Source: Cyanobacteria bacterium P01_H01_bin.74 | GTDB lineage: Bacteria; Cyanobacteriota; Vampirovibrionia; Vampirovibrionales; Vampirovibrionaceae | NCBI GenBank assembly: GCA_038745945.1 | Contig: JBCDLA010000001.1 | Coordinates: 1,898 to 65,897, forward strand | DNA: 64,000 bases | Reading direction: 5' to 3' | Notes under the pieces: generated by a model | The model's input: only the letters and a program-made list of their open reading frames with translations | Told to the model about the DNA's origin: nothing | Database searches by the model: none | Position numbers and translations under genes: made by a program | Shown here: positions 1-8,314 of the stretch, in pieces | How positions within the stretch are numbered: position 1 is the first letter of the stretch | Layout of the letters: each line of letters begins with the position of its first letter

Positions 1-634
1 TCATCGTTTCAGCGTCCAAAAACAACTGAAAAAAAGGATTACCCAGATCGTAATGATTCTGGATATTGGTGACACTGTTTTGTTTGTTGTTGTCTTTCAG
101 CAAATGCACAAACCGATTAAAACTGCCCAGCAGATTTATTTTCCAATCTTTTGACCCACTGCCTTCTAATACAGTCGATTGGCTGACATTAACAATAAAC
201 CACCGAATCACAGCGGCAATATCCGGGGTATCCCACATGCCTTGCATGTAGGCTTCAGAAAACCCAATATGACCAAAGAGAATGACTTGCCTGAAAAATT
301 CATCTGAGTGCACAATAATATGCGGCGTGGCTGCAGGCTCTGTAGCGTTATCTTGTGAGGTATTTATCCCAAAGCGCAAGGTTTGCGTATGCGGCAGCGG
401 CAAACTCAGCAAGAGCTGGCCTTGAGACATCGATTTCAGCGCATTTAAAAAAATCAGGCAGCATTGGCGGGAAATCCAGTCCATTGACTGAAGGGCTGGC
501 TTGATCTGTTTTGGATGGTCGTATAAAACCGAGTGATCTGTGCGCTTTTCAACACCTTGGCAATCAACGGTCCTTGAGGTGGTCTTTGACGTAGTCTTCG
601 GGTCTAAAAAATCAATATCGGCTTGCGTGGGCAT
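1..634 (-). CDS. cfa: Cyclopropane-fatty-acyl-phospholipid synthase family SAM methyltransferase. Partial: the N-terminal part is in the window and the gene continues past the left edge.
   Basis: Minus-strand ORF with ATG at ~634, not in the ORF track because it runs off the edge. My translation ends ...IQNHYDLGNPFFQLFLDAETM(MYS), which matches the conserved HYDLGNDFF..LFLD..MMYS block of CFA synthases. Confidence 0.6.
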   Translation of the reverse strand, partial: MPTQADIDFLDPKTTSKTTSRTVDCQGVEKRTDHSVLYDHPKQIKPALQSMDWISRQCCLIFLNALKSMSQGQLLLSLPLPHTQTLRFGINTSQDNATEPAATPHIIVHSDEFFRQVILFGHIGFSEAYMQGMWDTPDIAAVIRWFIVNVSQSTVLEGSGSKDWKINLLGSFNRFVHLLKDNNKQNSVTNIQNHYDLGNPFFQLFLDAETM

Positions 635-721
635 AGAGCTGGTGTTGTTTTCTAAGTTGTTGTGGTTACAGTTGCTGTTTGCAATATTTTTCAAAATTTA
701 TGCAGGCTAAATTTGTACAGA

Positions 722-1210
722 CTAAACTTGTGCAGGGTGATTACGCAAGGCCGGAATATAAATAAACGCACTCACAATCAGGGAAGCCCCAATGCCCAGA
801 TTAATACTACCGCGAAGCAAAGGGGGGACACCAATCACGTTAAGCAAAACCGCAATCATCACCATAATCGAGATCATAACCCAGCTTCTTATACTGTAAA
901 CTGAAAGGGGCCGTTTTTTCTCAGTTAACGCATTCAGCCGATCAATATTTCTTTTACAGGTTTTTGAGAGGACAAATTTGCCTTTTGCACCCCCAATGAT
1001 CAAGGCCAGTGCTATGCTGATCAGCACTAGGGTCATATTTTCCGCCAAAGTGTATCCAGCAATAAAGTCAATGCCACGCAAGGTCATAATTAATCCGCCG
1101 ACCATCCAGATCCCACAAGCCAGAAGCATTAGTTCTTTTTTACCCAGCTTGATGGGCAAAAAAAACAGGGCAAGAAATACAAATGGCATCACTGGAATGG
1201 TTGTAGGCAT
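722..1210 (-). CDS. Hypothetical polytopic membrane protein (about 4-5 TM helices).
   Basis: 162-aa ORF, hydrophobic throughout, no recognisable motif. Confidence 0.4.
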   Translation of the reverse strand: MPTTIPVMPFVFLALFFLPIKLGKKELMLLACGIWMVGGLIMTLRGIDFIAGYTLAENMTLVLISIALALIIGGAKGKFVLSKTCKRNIDRLNALTEKKRPLSVYSIRSWVMISIMVMIAVLLNVIGVPPLLRGSINLGIGASLIVSAFIYIPALRNHPAQV

Positions 1211-1465
1211 AAGGCGTTGGCTTTCTTAAGTTTAACAAGTGTATTCGGCTGAGGGCGAGATGAGAATGAGGAACAAAGCTCAGGGTATCTATTTTGCATC
1301 GCACAGAGGGAGATGACAAGGATTCTTGAAAAAACAATAATTCATAAAGCAGTTCAAATTTTGGCGGAACGATTTTGAAATGGCTGTGCAGTTTAAAAAA
1401 CCAATGATTGCCTGAAAGTGTGTTGTTCCTGTTAAAAAGATTATTAAGGCTTAAATTATTAACGG

Positions 1466-2413
1466 TTAAAGCTGATACTTTTGAACCAGTGCCCTCACCC
1501 GTGAATCGCTGATGGGGTGACTTTGCAAGAACTCAGGCGTGCCATTATTGGGCGATGCCGCTTTCAGTATTTCAAATACACGCAATGCTGCTTTTGGGTT
1601 GTAAGCAGCAGTCCGCATCAGCCGAACCCCCAAATCATCCGCCTGGTATTCCAGTGTTCTGGAAGATCGCTTGTCCACAAGGCCGATGCCCAACTGACTT
1701 GCGAGATCGAGAATTTGGCTTTGATTGGTAAACCGACTTAACACGTAACGGTTGAGCAACGACAAGCCCACTTGACGCCGTTGGGTTTTGCCAATATGAT
1801 TCAGCAGAATATGGCTTAACTCATGGGAAATCACAAAAGCCCGTTCATCGGCCGTGCGTAAATTGTTTAACAGACCGCTAGTAATGACAATCGATTGGCC
1901 GTCGGTCGCTGCATTAAGCGTGTTGCTGTTCTGAACGGCTATGCCTTTTACTTCATCGCTGGGAATGTTGTTTGCCCGCATCAGGCTGCTTAAGATCACC
2001 TCGGGCTGAATGCTTTTGCTGACCTGGCCCGTGTAAACAGCCTGTGCCAGATAGGTTTTGTTTTGGGGCTGACTGGCCACTGCTTTTTTCTTTAAGGGTT
2101 GTACTGGATTTGAAGCACTTTTTTTCACTTTGGGGGTATTAAAACGGCTATAAGGCTTGTAATATCGGCCATAGCCGGGGGTATACGGCATGTTTTGCGC
2201 TTGAGCGACTAAACGCCCATCCCCCAAAAAAGCCAGCAATACTACTGACAACAGGCCTAAAACCCAACCACGGTTGACGTGCTTAACAGTCCTCCTTTCC
2301 GTGAGAAAATGATAAAACTTGGCCGATAAAATCAAAGCATTTTTTTTCACAAAAAACCTGTGCTTATTTGTTAACATCATAAAAAGTCTAAAATCTTTTA
2401 AAAATCGAAACAT
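1466..2413 (-). CDS. M48-family Zn metallopeptidase (HExxH), membrane-anchored or secreted.
   Basis: HELSHILLNH motif (HExxH plus downstream His) with an N-terminal hydrophobic anchor. The start may be an internal Met. Confidence 0.6.
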   Translation of the reverse strand: MFRFLKDFRLFMMLTNKHRFFVKKNALILSAKFYHFLTERRTVKHVNRGWVLGLLSVVLLAFLGDGRLVAQAQNMPYTPGYGRYYKPYSRFNTPKVKKSASNPVQPLKKKAVASQPQNKTYLAQAVYTGQVSKSIQPEVILSSLMRANNIPSDEVKGIAVQNSNTLNAATDGQSIVITSGLLNNLRTADERAFVISHELSHILLNHIGKTQRRQVGLSLLNRYVLSRFTNQSQILDLASQLGIGLVDKRSSRTLEYQADDLGVRLMRTAAYNPKAALRVFEILKAASPNNGTPEFLQSHPISDSRVRALVQKYQL

Positions 2414-2487
2414 GGAGAATCAATTGAATTCAATTGACTGTGGCATAAACCCTTTTAGACGCGCAACAGGCAAACATGTTTCTGCCA

Positions 2488-3969
2488 TCAGGTCACTGTC
2501 ATGATTGGGCGGTTGGACAAGTAGGGCAAATGACGCTCAGTGATGATTTCACCAGGCAACAAAACGGGAATGCCGGGGGGACAACTGGCAATGACTTCTT
2601 TTGCAATTTTTCCGACCGCAGCTTCTGGCATCAACGGGCTACCCTGGCTGAAAAAAGCCGCTCTCGGGGACAATGCCATTTGGGGCAAAAAGCTGCGGTC
2701 GGAAAAATTGGCTTCCGTTTTTTCTACATCAATTTTTTCTATGTCAATTTTTTCTATATCAGGGCTTTCTGCTGGCTTAGAAATCTCTTTTAAAAGGCTG
2801 AAATCAGACCCTTCATAAGCGTGTAATGCTTCAAGCAGCCGGTCAAAATCTGCTGCAGTTAAACCGATATTCCCCATATACAAGGCTGAACGGTGGTTGA
2901 TGGACTCGTAAGCAATGCCGTTCGGTTGTGTTTCAAGCGGGATGGCCCATTGATCGGGTGGGGTTATGTGATGCTGGTTGTGGTGTTTAATAACCAGCTT
3001 TGCCGGATCCCAATAGTTTCTGGCTTCTTCTGTTTGAGGTGAAAATACTGAAAAAGCATTCAACTGTGCTTTTGCTTTTTGACGAAACTGTTTAACCCAC
3101 TGGAAACAGTTTGAAATCGTCGCTTTACCCTTAGCACTGGCCAAAAAGCCGACAGTACTTTCAAGGCTCGCAAGCAACAGGTAAGATGGGCTGGTTGTTT
3201 GTAACACATTGAGTGCCTGCTGAAAAGCAGCAGGATCAATACGGGATCCATGCGGCAAGTGGGCAATAGCGGTCTGGGTTAAACTGGTCGCACTTTTGTG
3301 TAACGACTGTACCACCACATCACAGGCAAAGTGGGCCGCTGATACCGGCAAATTCTCAAAGAAGGGCCACAAACTGCCATGTGCCTCATCAACAATAAGA
3401 AGTAGATTGTTCTTTTGGCACCAGGTTGCAATGGCTGCAATGTCTGAGCCAATGCCTTCATACGTGGGCGAGGGTAAAATAAGTGCTTTGCAATCTGGCT
3501 GACGCTTTTTAGCAGTCTCCAGGGCGTCAATAGATAATGCCCCCCAGAATCCCCACTGGCTGTAGTAATCTGCATTTGGTAATACCCATACGGGCTGTGC
3601 ACCGGTTAAGACCAGCCCGTTTATCACACTGCGGTGGCAGTTCCGGCTTACCAGCACTTTATCGCCAGCCTTTAATGCAGTCAGCATTGCTGCCATCAGG
3701 CCAACACTGGCACCATTAATTAGGTAATAACTTCTCTGAACCCCAAAGATTTCCGCTGCCCATGCTTGGGACTCAGCAATACAGCCTGTTGGTTCAGAGA
3801 GCACATCCAAATCATCAACTTCTGTTAAGTCAAACTGAAAAGCTGTTTCAGATCCAAGCGCAAGCCGTTTTTTAAAGAGGGTACCGTTTCCCGCATGGCC
3901 TGGGACATGAAAGCGAGCCCTCTTTTTTTTCTGATAATCTATTAAGGCCTGGTTAATAAACACACACAA
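2488..3969 (-). CDS. PLP-dependent Orn/Lys/Arg decarboxylase family enzyme (SpeA-like arginine/lysine decarboxylase).
   Basis: N-terminal FHVPGHAG..G and the SLHKSATSLTQTA PLP-lysine region, ~490 aa. The C-terminal part contains an (EKIDI)x3 pentapeptide tandem repeat. Confidence 0.75.
   Translation of the reverse strand: MCVFINQALIDYQKKKRARFHVPGHAGNGTLFKKRLALGSETAFQFDLTEVDDLDVLSEPTGCIAESQAWAAEIFGVQRSYYLINGASVGLMAAMLTALKAGDKVLVSRNCHRSVINGLVLTGAQPVWVLPNADYYSQWGFWGALSIDALETAKKRQPDCKALILPSPTYEGIGSDIAAIATWCQKNNLLLIVDEAHGSLWPFFENLPVSAAHFACDVVVQSLHKSATSLTQTAIAHLPHGSRIDPAAFQQALNVLQTTSPSYLLLASLESTVGFLASAKGKATISNCFQWVKQFRQKAKAQLNAFSVFSPQTEEARNYWDPAKLVIKHHNQHHITPPDQWAIPLETQPNGIAYESINHRSALYMGNIGLTAADFDRLLEALHAYEGSDFSLLKEISKPAESPDIEKIDIEKIDVEKTEANFSDRSFLPQMALSPRAAFFSQGSPLMPEAAVGKIAKEVIASCPPGIPVLLPGEIITERHLPYLSNRPIMTVT
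2718..2762. repeat. 15-nt x3 in-frame tandem repeat (tttttctaYRtcaat) inside the decarboxylase gene, encoding IEKID IEKID VEKTE.
   Basis: Read directly from the sequence. Confidence 0.75.
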
Positions 3970-4036
3970 TTTATAGAGACCGTTTATTCAGACAGCTCAG
4001 TTTGATTGCCGTAAAACTTGGGGTTATTTCAGCAAT

Positions 4037-6223
4037 TTATTTGGACGGCACTGCATTTAAGGGTTCAAATCCGTGTTCGGCACGCTCTTCATCGGTGACT
4101 CCTTTGATGGTCAAGTTGATCCGGCCCCGGTCATCAATATCAATGACTTTCACCAAGACTTCTTGATCCACTTTCAAGATGTCCTCCACTTTTTGCACCC
4201 GGTAAGGCGCCAGTTGCGATATATGGACCATGCCATCTTTACCGGCAAACAGTTCTACAAACGCCCCAATAGGAATAATGCGAACCACTTTGCCTTTGAC
4301 CAGCATGCCCCGCTCGACTTTCCGGGTTAAGCGTTCAATAATTTCCTGCGCTTTTTCCGCGCCATCACCGCCGGTTGCCGTGATGGTGACCAGGCCGCTG
4401 TCTTCAATGTCAATATTGGCACCGGTTTCTTCAATAATTGACCGAATCATTTTACCCCCAGGGCCAATCACGCTGCCAATCATTTCTTTATCGATGGATA
4501 AGGTGACAATTTTTGGTGCGTATTTCGACAAGGCTGGCCTTGGCGCACTAATTGCTTCTGCCAGGCGATCCAGAATAAACATGCGTCCGGTTTTGGCTTG
4601 CTCAAGGGCTGTTTTCATAATTTCAAGTGAAATGCCTTGAATCTTAATATCCATTTGCAAGGCTGTAACCCCCTCGCGGGTGCCAACCACTTTAAAGTCC
4701 ATGTCCCCCAGAAAGTCTTCAACGCCTTGGATGTCAGAAAGTACAATGGATCGATCGCCTTCTTTAATCAGGCCCATTGCTATACCGCCAACGGGGGCTT
4801 TTATCGGAACACCAGCATCCATAAGGGCCAGTGTGCTGCCGCAGGTTGAAGCCATGCTGGTTGATCCGTTGGATTCCAATATATCAGAATTAACCCGAAT
4901 GGTATAACCAAAAGCCTCTTTACTGGGGATAACGGGCGCCAAACCACGCTCAACCAGAAGACCATGGCCAATTTCCCGGCGTCCAGCACCACGCATGGGC
5001 TTTACTTCACCCACAGAAAAACCTGGAAACGAATAATGATGAAGCCAGCGTTTCTCGGTAAGCGGATCAACCCCGTCAAATTTTTGTGCTTCACCCGGTC
5101 CGCCCAGTGTGGCAACAGACAGGGCCTGCGTATTTCCTCGCGTAAAGAGGCCTGATCCATGAACCCGGGGCAACAGCGAGACCTGACAGTTAATCGGGCG
5201 AATGTCTTCCGGCATGCGCCCATCCGCCCGCACAGACTCTTCCATAATCATTGTGCGCATCACAGATTTTTCAATTTTTTTGAACGATTCACCCAAAAAG
5301 TTCAAGGTTTGCTCCGCCAAAAACAGTTTCATCGCATCATCATCCGGCTTTTCTTCTAAAGCTGCAGTTAATTTTTCTTTGGCTTCAGCCAGCATCACCT
5401 TGCGGGCATCACGGTCAAACTCGTGATAGGCCTTATTAATGTCTTCCTCAACCGTTTCGCGGGCAAATGCTTCCACTTGCTCAACAGCGGCTTTATGCTC
5501 AAAAACAAAGGCTGTTTTTTCAACACCGCATTGGGCTGCAAATTCTTTTTGGACAGCAACCTGAGACTTAATGTGGGTGTGAGCAAAAGCAAGCGCTTCC
5601 AGTAAATCTGCTTCACTGACAAATTCTGCACCGGCTTCCACCATCATAATGGAGCTTTCAGTGCCTGCGACCACCAGATCCAAATCGCTTTTTTCAGACT
5701 GGCTGAATGTTGGGTTTAAAACGAATTCGCCATTAACACGTCCCACACGGACCCCACCAATAGGACCATCAAATGGCAATCCTGATAGCTCAAGAGCCAA
5801 AGATGCACCAAAAATTGCCAGTACATCAGGCTGAGTTTCACCGTCTAAGCTCAGGGTTGATACAACCACTTGAACGTCATTTTTAAAGCCTTCAGGCCAC
5901 AGGGGGCGGATTGGCCGGTCAATTAAGCGCGCCATCAGCGTTGCCTTATCTGTTGGCTTGCCTTCACGCTTTAAGTATCCACCAGGCAACCTGCCGACAG
6001 CATACAAGCGCTCTTCAACGTCAATTAACAACGGAAAAAAATCAATCCCTGCCCGTGGGTTTTCGCTACCGGTTGCAGTTACCAGCAAAACCGTTTCATC
6101 GCAACGTAAAATTACTGACCCTTGGGCTGATTTTGCGATCATACCCGTTTCAATGCTGACAGTATGCTTGCCGATAGTCAGTGTTTTGCTTTGCTTATTG
6201 GGAAAAAGAATTTGTTCATTCAT
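4037..6223 (-). CDS. pnp: Polynucleotide phosphorylase (PNPase).
   Basis: 728 aa with two RNase PH domains, KH and S1 domains. FFPLLIDVEERLYAVGRLPGGYLKREG and GSTSMASTCGSTLALMDAGVPI motifs. Canonical position downstream of rpsO. Confidence 0.95.
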   Translation of the reverse strand: MNEQILFPNKQSKTLTIGKHTVSIETGMIAKSAQGSVILRCDETVLLVTATGSENPRAGIDFFPLLIDVEERLYAVGRLPGGYLKREGKPTDKATLMARLIDRPIRPLWPEGFKNDVQVVVSTLSLDGETQPDVLAIFGASLALELSGLPFDGPIGGVRVGRVNGEFVLNPTFSQSEKSDLDLVVAGTESSIMMVEAGAEFVSEADLLEALAFAHTHIKSQVAVQKEFAAQCGVEKTAFVFEHKAAVEQVEAFARETVEEDINKAYHEFDRDARKVMLAEAKEKLTAALEEKPDDDAMKLFLAEQTLNFLGESFKKIEKSVMRTMIMEESVRADGRMPEDIRPINCQVSLLPRVHGSGLFTRGNTQALSVATLGGPGEAQKFDGVDPLTEKRWLHHYSFPGFSVGEVKPMRGAGRREIGHGLLVERGLAPVIPSKEAFGYTIRVNSDILESNGSTSMASTCGSTLALMDAGVPIKAPVGGIAMGLIKEGDRSIVLSDIQGVEDFLGDMDFKVVGTREGVTALQMDIKIQGISLEIMKTALEQAKTGRMFILDRLAEAISAPRPALSKYAPKIVTLSIDKEMIGSVIGPGGKMIRSIIEETGANIDIEDSGLVTITATGGDGAEKAQEIIERLTRKVERGMLVKGKVVRIIPIGAFVELFAGKDGMVHISQLAPYRVQKVEDILKVDQEVLVKVIDIDDRGRINLTIKGVTDEERAEHGFEPLNAVPSK

Positions 6224-6399
6224 AACAGGGATTGATCTTTCTGTGTCAGATTTGCTGTGTCAAATTTGGATGACATCGATTTTAAATTTTATATGTTATT
6301 AACAGCAGATAGCGCATTACGTTTTTAATGCAATGTTTTATGTCGTGCTGTCTAGAAAATAGAAAGTAAGTGTACTGCCCTCAAGTTTTTTAAAATACA

Positions 6400-6448
6400 A
6401 GATTAAAAACACAAAAGCGAGCAATTCATTTTCCATTTTGCTCGCTTT
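6400..6448 (-). terminator. Rho-independent terminator/attenuator hairpin between rpsO and pnp.
   Basis: Minus-strand RNA reads AGCGAGCAA-AAUGGAAAAUGAA-UUGCUCGCU followed by UUUUGUGUUUUU, immediately 3' of the rpsO stop. This is analogous to the E. coli rpsO-pnp intercistronic terminator/RNase III region. Confidence 0.55.
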
Positions 6449-6455
6449 AAATCAG

Positions 6456-6725
6456 TTACCGGCGGATGCCGAGCCGCTTGATGAGAGCCTGATAGGCATC
6501 CACTGTGATTTTTGATTTGATGTAGCGCAATAAGCGTTTGCGGCTACCTACCATCATTTGCAGCCCCCGTTGGCAAGAAAAATCTTTGGGATTCTTTTTT
6601 AAATGCTCGGTTAATTCACGGATTTTATGGGTCAATGCTGCAATTTGAACAACACTACTGCCTGTATCCTTTTCATTTTGTGCAAAAGGTTGAATAAATT
6701 CTTTTTGTTTTTGCGGTTGCGCCAT
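6456..6725 (-). CDS. rpsO: 30S ribosomal protein S15.
   Basis: 89 aa, typical S15 sequence (GSSVVQIAALTHKIRELTEHLKKNPKD...). Confidence 0.95.
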   Translation of the reverse strand: MAQPQKQKEFIQPFAQNEKDTGSSVVQIAALTHKIRELTEHLKKNPKDFSCQRGLQMMVGSRKRLLRYIKSKITVDAYQALIKRLGIRR

Positions 6726-6755
6726 AGGGATATACTCACTTTGTGCATTCAGTTA

Positions 6756-6785
6756 TTGTGTATTAAAACATTGTGTATTAAAACT
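6756..6785. promoter_or_regulatory. Perfect 15-bp tandem direct repeat (ttgtgtattaaaaca x2) in the rpsO 5' leader/promoter, within the divergent intergenic region.
   Basis: Seen 30-60 nt upstream of the rpsO start codon. Candidate operator or S15 autoregulatory element. Confidence 0.35.
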
Positions 6786-6939
6786 TTAATGCATTAATAA
6801 GATGCGTTGATGCATTCTATTATGTATATTAATAAATAAATTACAATAGCATCTTCAAAGGCCAATTATAAAAAGTAATCACTTAAAACCAGTAAACGAT
6901 TTAAATAGCCAGGATTTTGAATTAAGGAATGACCACGCA

Positions 6940-7788
6940 TTGCAGAAAGCGACTTTAATGAGCAGGATTCAACGAAACAGTATATATCAGTCAAACCAGC
7001 TCAAAGTCCTCTTTTCTTTCACCACGAGTCTAATGGCTTGCTTTCTGACCTGTGTCTTGTTTTTTTCAGGATGCCAACAGAATGAACCGCCCCCAACCCC
7101 TGAAAATGCAGCCGCAGTCCAAGAAGAGTTGCAAGGCATTCGAGGCCTGATTGAGGCTGGGAATTTTCAGGAGGCTTTTTTACGCCTCAATGGCGCTCTG
7201 GATATAGACCCCAAAAATCCAAAAATTCACCTGAATCTGGCTTGGCTGTATCTTTATACAAAAGATATGCAAAAAGCGTTGCAGGAAATTTCAACTTTGC
7301 GCAAACTTAGCCCTGATTTACCCGAAATTGATCACTTGCAAGGCGTTTTTGATCAAAACCAGGCACAGCAACTCCAACAAAACGGACAGCCCCTGGTCGG
7401 AGAACAACTGCATAAACAAGCAGTCTTTCGGCTGCAAAAAGCACTGAACCATGACAAAAACAACCATCAGATTTTCTTTGACATTGCCACCAGCCTGTCG
7501 GCCATTGACAGAAATCAGGAGGCCTTAAGCTTTCTTGATTCGGGTTTTGATTACATTCCGACAGCCGATTTGGAAACCCAGGTCAATTTTCAGATTGCCA
7601 TCTGCGCGTTGCATGCCAAAATGAACATGTTTGAAGAGGCCATCCTTGATTGCGAACAAGCCGCGACCTTTGCCAACACCGATGCCGCCAAGGAACGGAT
7701 TGTGAACCTGATTGAAAATATGAAATTGTTGAATCCAGGTTTTGAATTGCCAGAAAATGCCAAAAAACTCGACGCCCTTCAGCCTTAG
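6940..7788 (+). CDS. TPR-repeat lipoprotein.
   Basis: Lipobox-like ...LFFSGC after a hydrophobic segment. TPR-like helical repeats (LNLAWLYLYTKDMQKALQEI...). The true start is probably the internal Met at ~6958. Confidence 0.5.
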   Translation: MQKATLMSRIQRNSIYQSNQLKVLFSFTTSLMACFLTCVLFFSGCQQNEPPPTPENAAAVQEELQGIRGLIEAGNFQEAFLRLNGALDIDPKNPKIHLNLAWLYLYTKDMQKALQEISTLRKLSPDLPEIDHLQGVFDQNQAQQLQQNGQPLVGEQLHKQAVFRLQKALNHDKNNHQIFFDIATSLSAIDRNQEALSFLDSGFDYIPTADLETQVNFQIAICALHAKMNMFEEAILDCEQAATFANTDAAKERIVNLIENMKLLNPGFELPENAKKLDALQP

Positions 7789-7900
7789 TGCCAAGTTTAT
7801 GCTTGTTAGTTAAGGTAAATAAGAAACTGAGAGGCTTTAGTCAAGTGGAGTAAAAATATTCATTGTTGATTTAAAATTAAATTGCTTTAAAATAAAAGTC

Positions 7901-8287
7901 ATGATCTATTCAATTCTTTCAAGTGTGGCAATATTACTCTTGTTTGTGGGTTGGTTAAACCGCAAAAAAATACGCACCCATATGGCCTTTATGTCAACGG
8001 CATTTGTTTTAGACATTGCCATACTGCTGATGGTTGAACTCAATAAAAGTGCCATTTTAACCACCAGCAAAAATTTATTTAATCCCCAAGCTGGTACGGC
8101 GTTGCTGTTATTTCATGTTTTGGTTTCAGTCTTGATGCTGGTGTTTTATGTGATGCAGTTGCGTACAGGGTATCTGGCGTTTCAAGGTGTGCATCAGACA
8201 GTTACATTTCACCGGAATGTCGGAATGGCCTTTTTTACGTGCCGGTTGCTCAACTACATCACCAGTTTCTGGGTGATTACAAGTTAA
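7901..8287 (+). CDS. Small hypothetical membrane protein (about 4 TM).
   Basis: 128-aa hydrophobic ORF, convergent with the acidic family protein. Confidence 0.35.
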   Translation: MIYSILSSVAILLLFVGWLNRKKIRTHMAFMSTAFVLDIAILLMVELNKSAILTTSKNLFNPQAGTALLLFHVLVSVLMLVFYVMQLRTGYLAFQGVHQTVTFHRNVGMAFFTCRLLNYITSFWVITS

Positions 8288-8314
8288 AAAGCACTGTAAG
8301 CCGGGGATTGCTTA

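Noticed and set aside
4073-5834. Numerous 60-140-aa ORFs on the plus strand inside pnp (e.g. 4230..4640, 5202..5426).
   Set aside because: Antisense shadow ORFs within a highly conserved gene; low-complexity translations and no RBS. The same reasoning applies to the internal or antisense ORFs within dnaX (17080..18719), the RND gene (49953..52966), mutL, cbpA, purF and purL.
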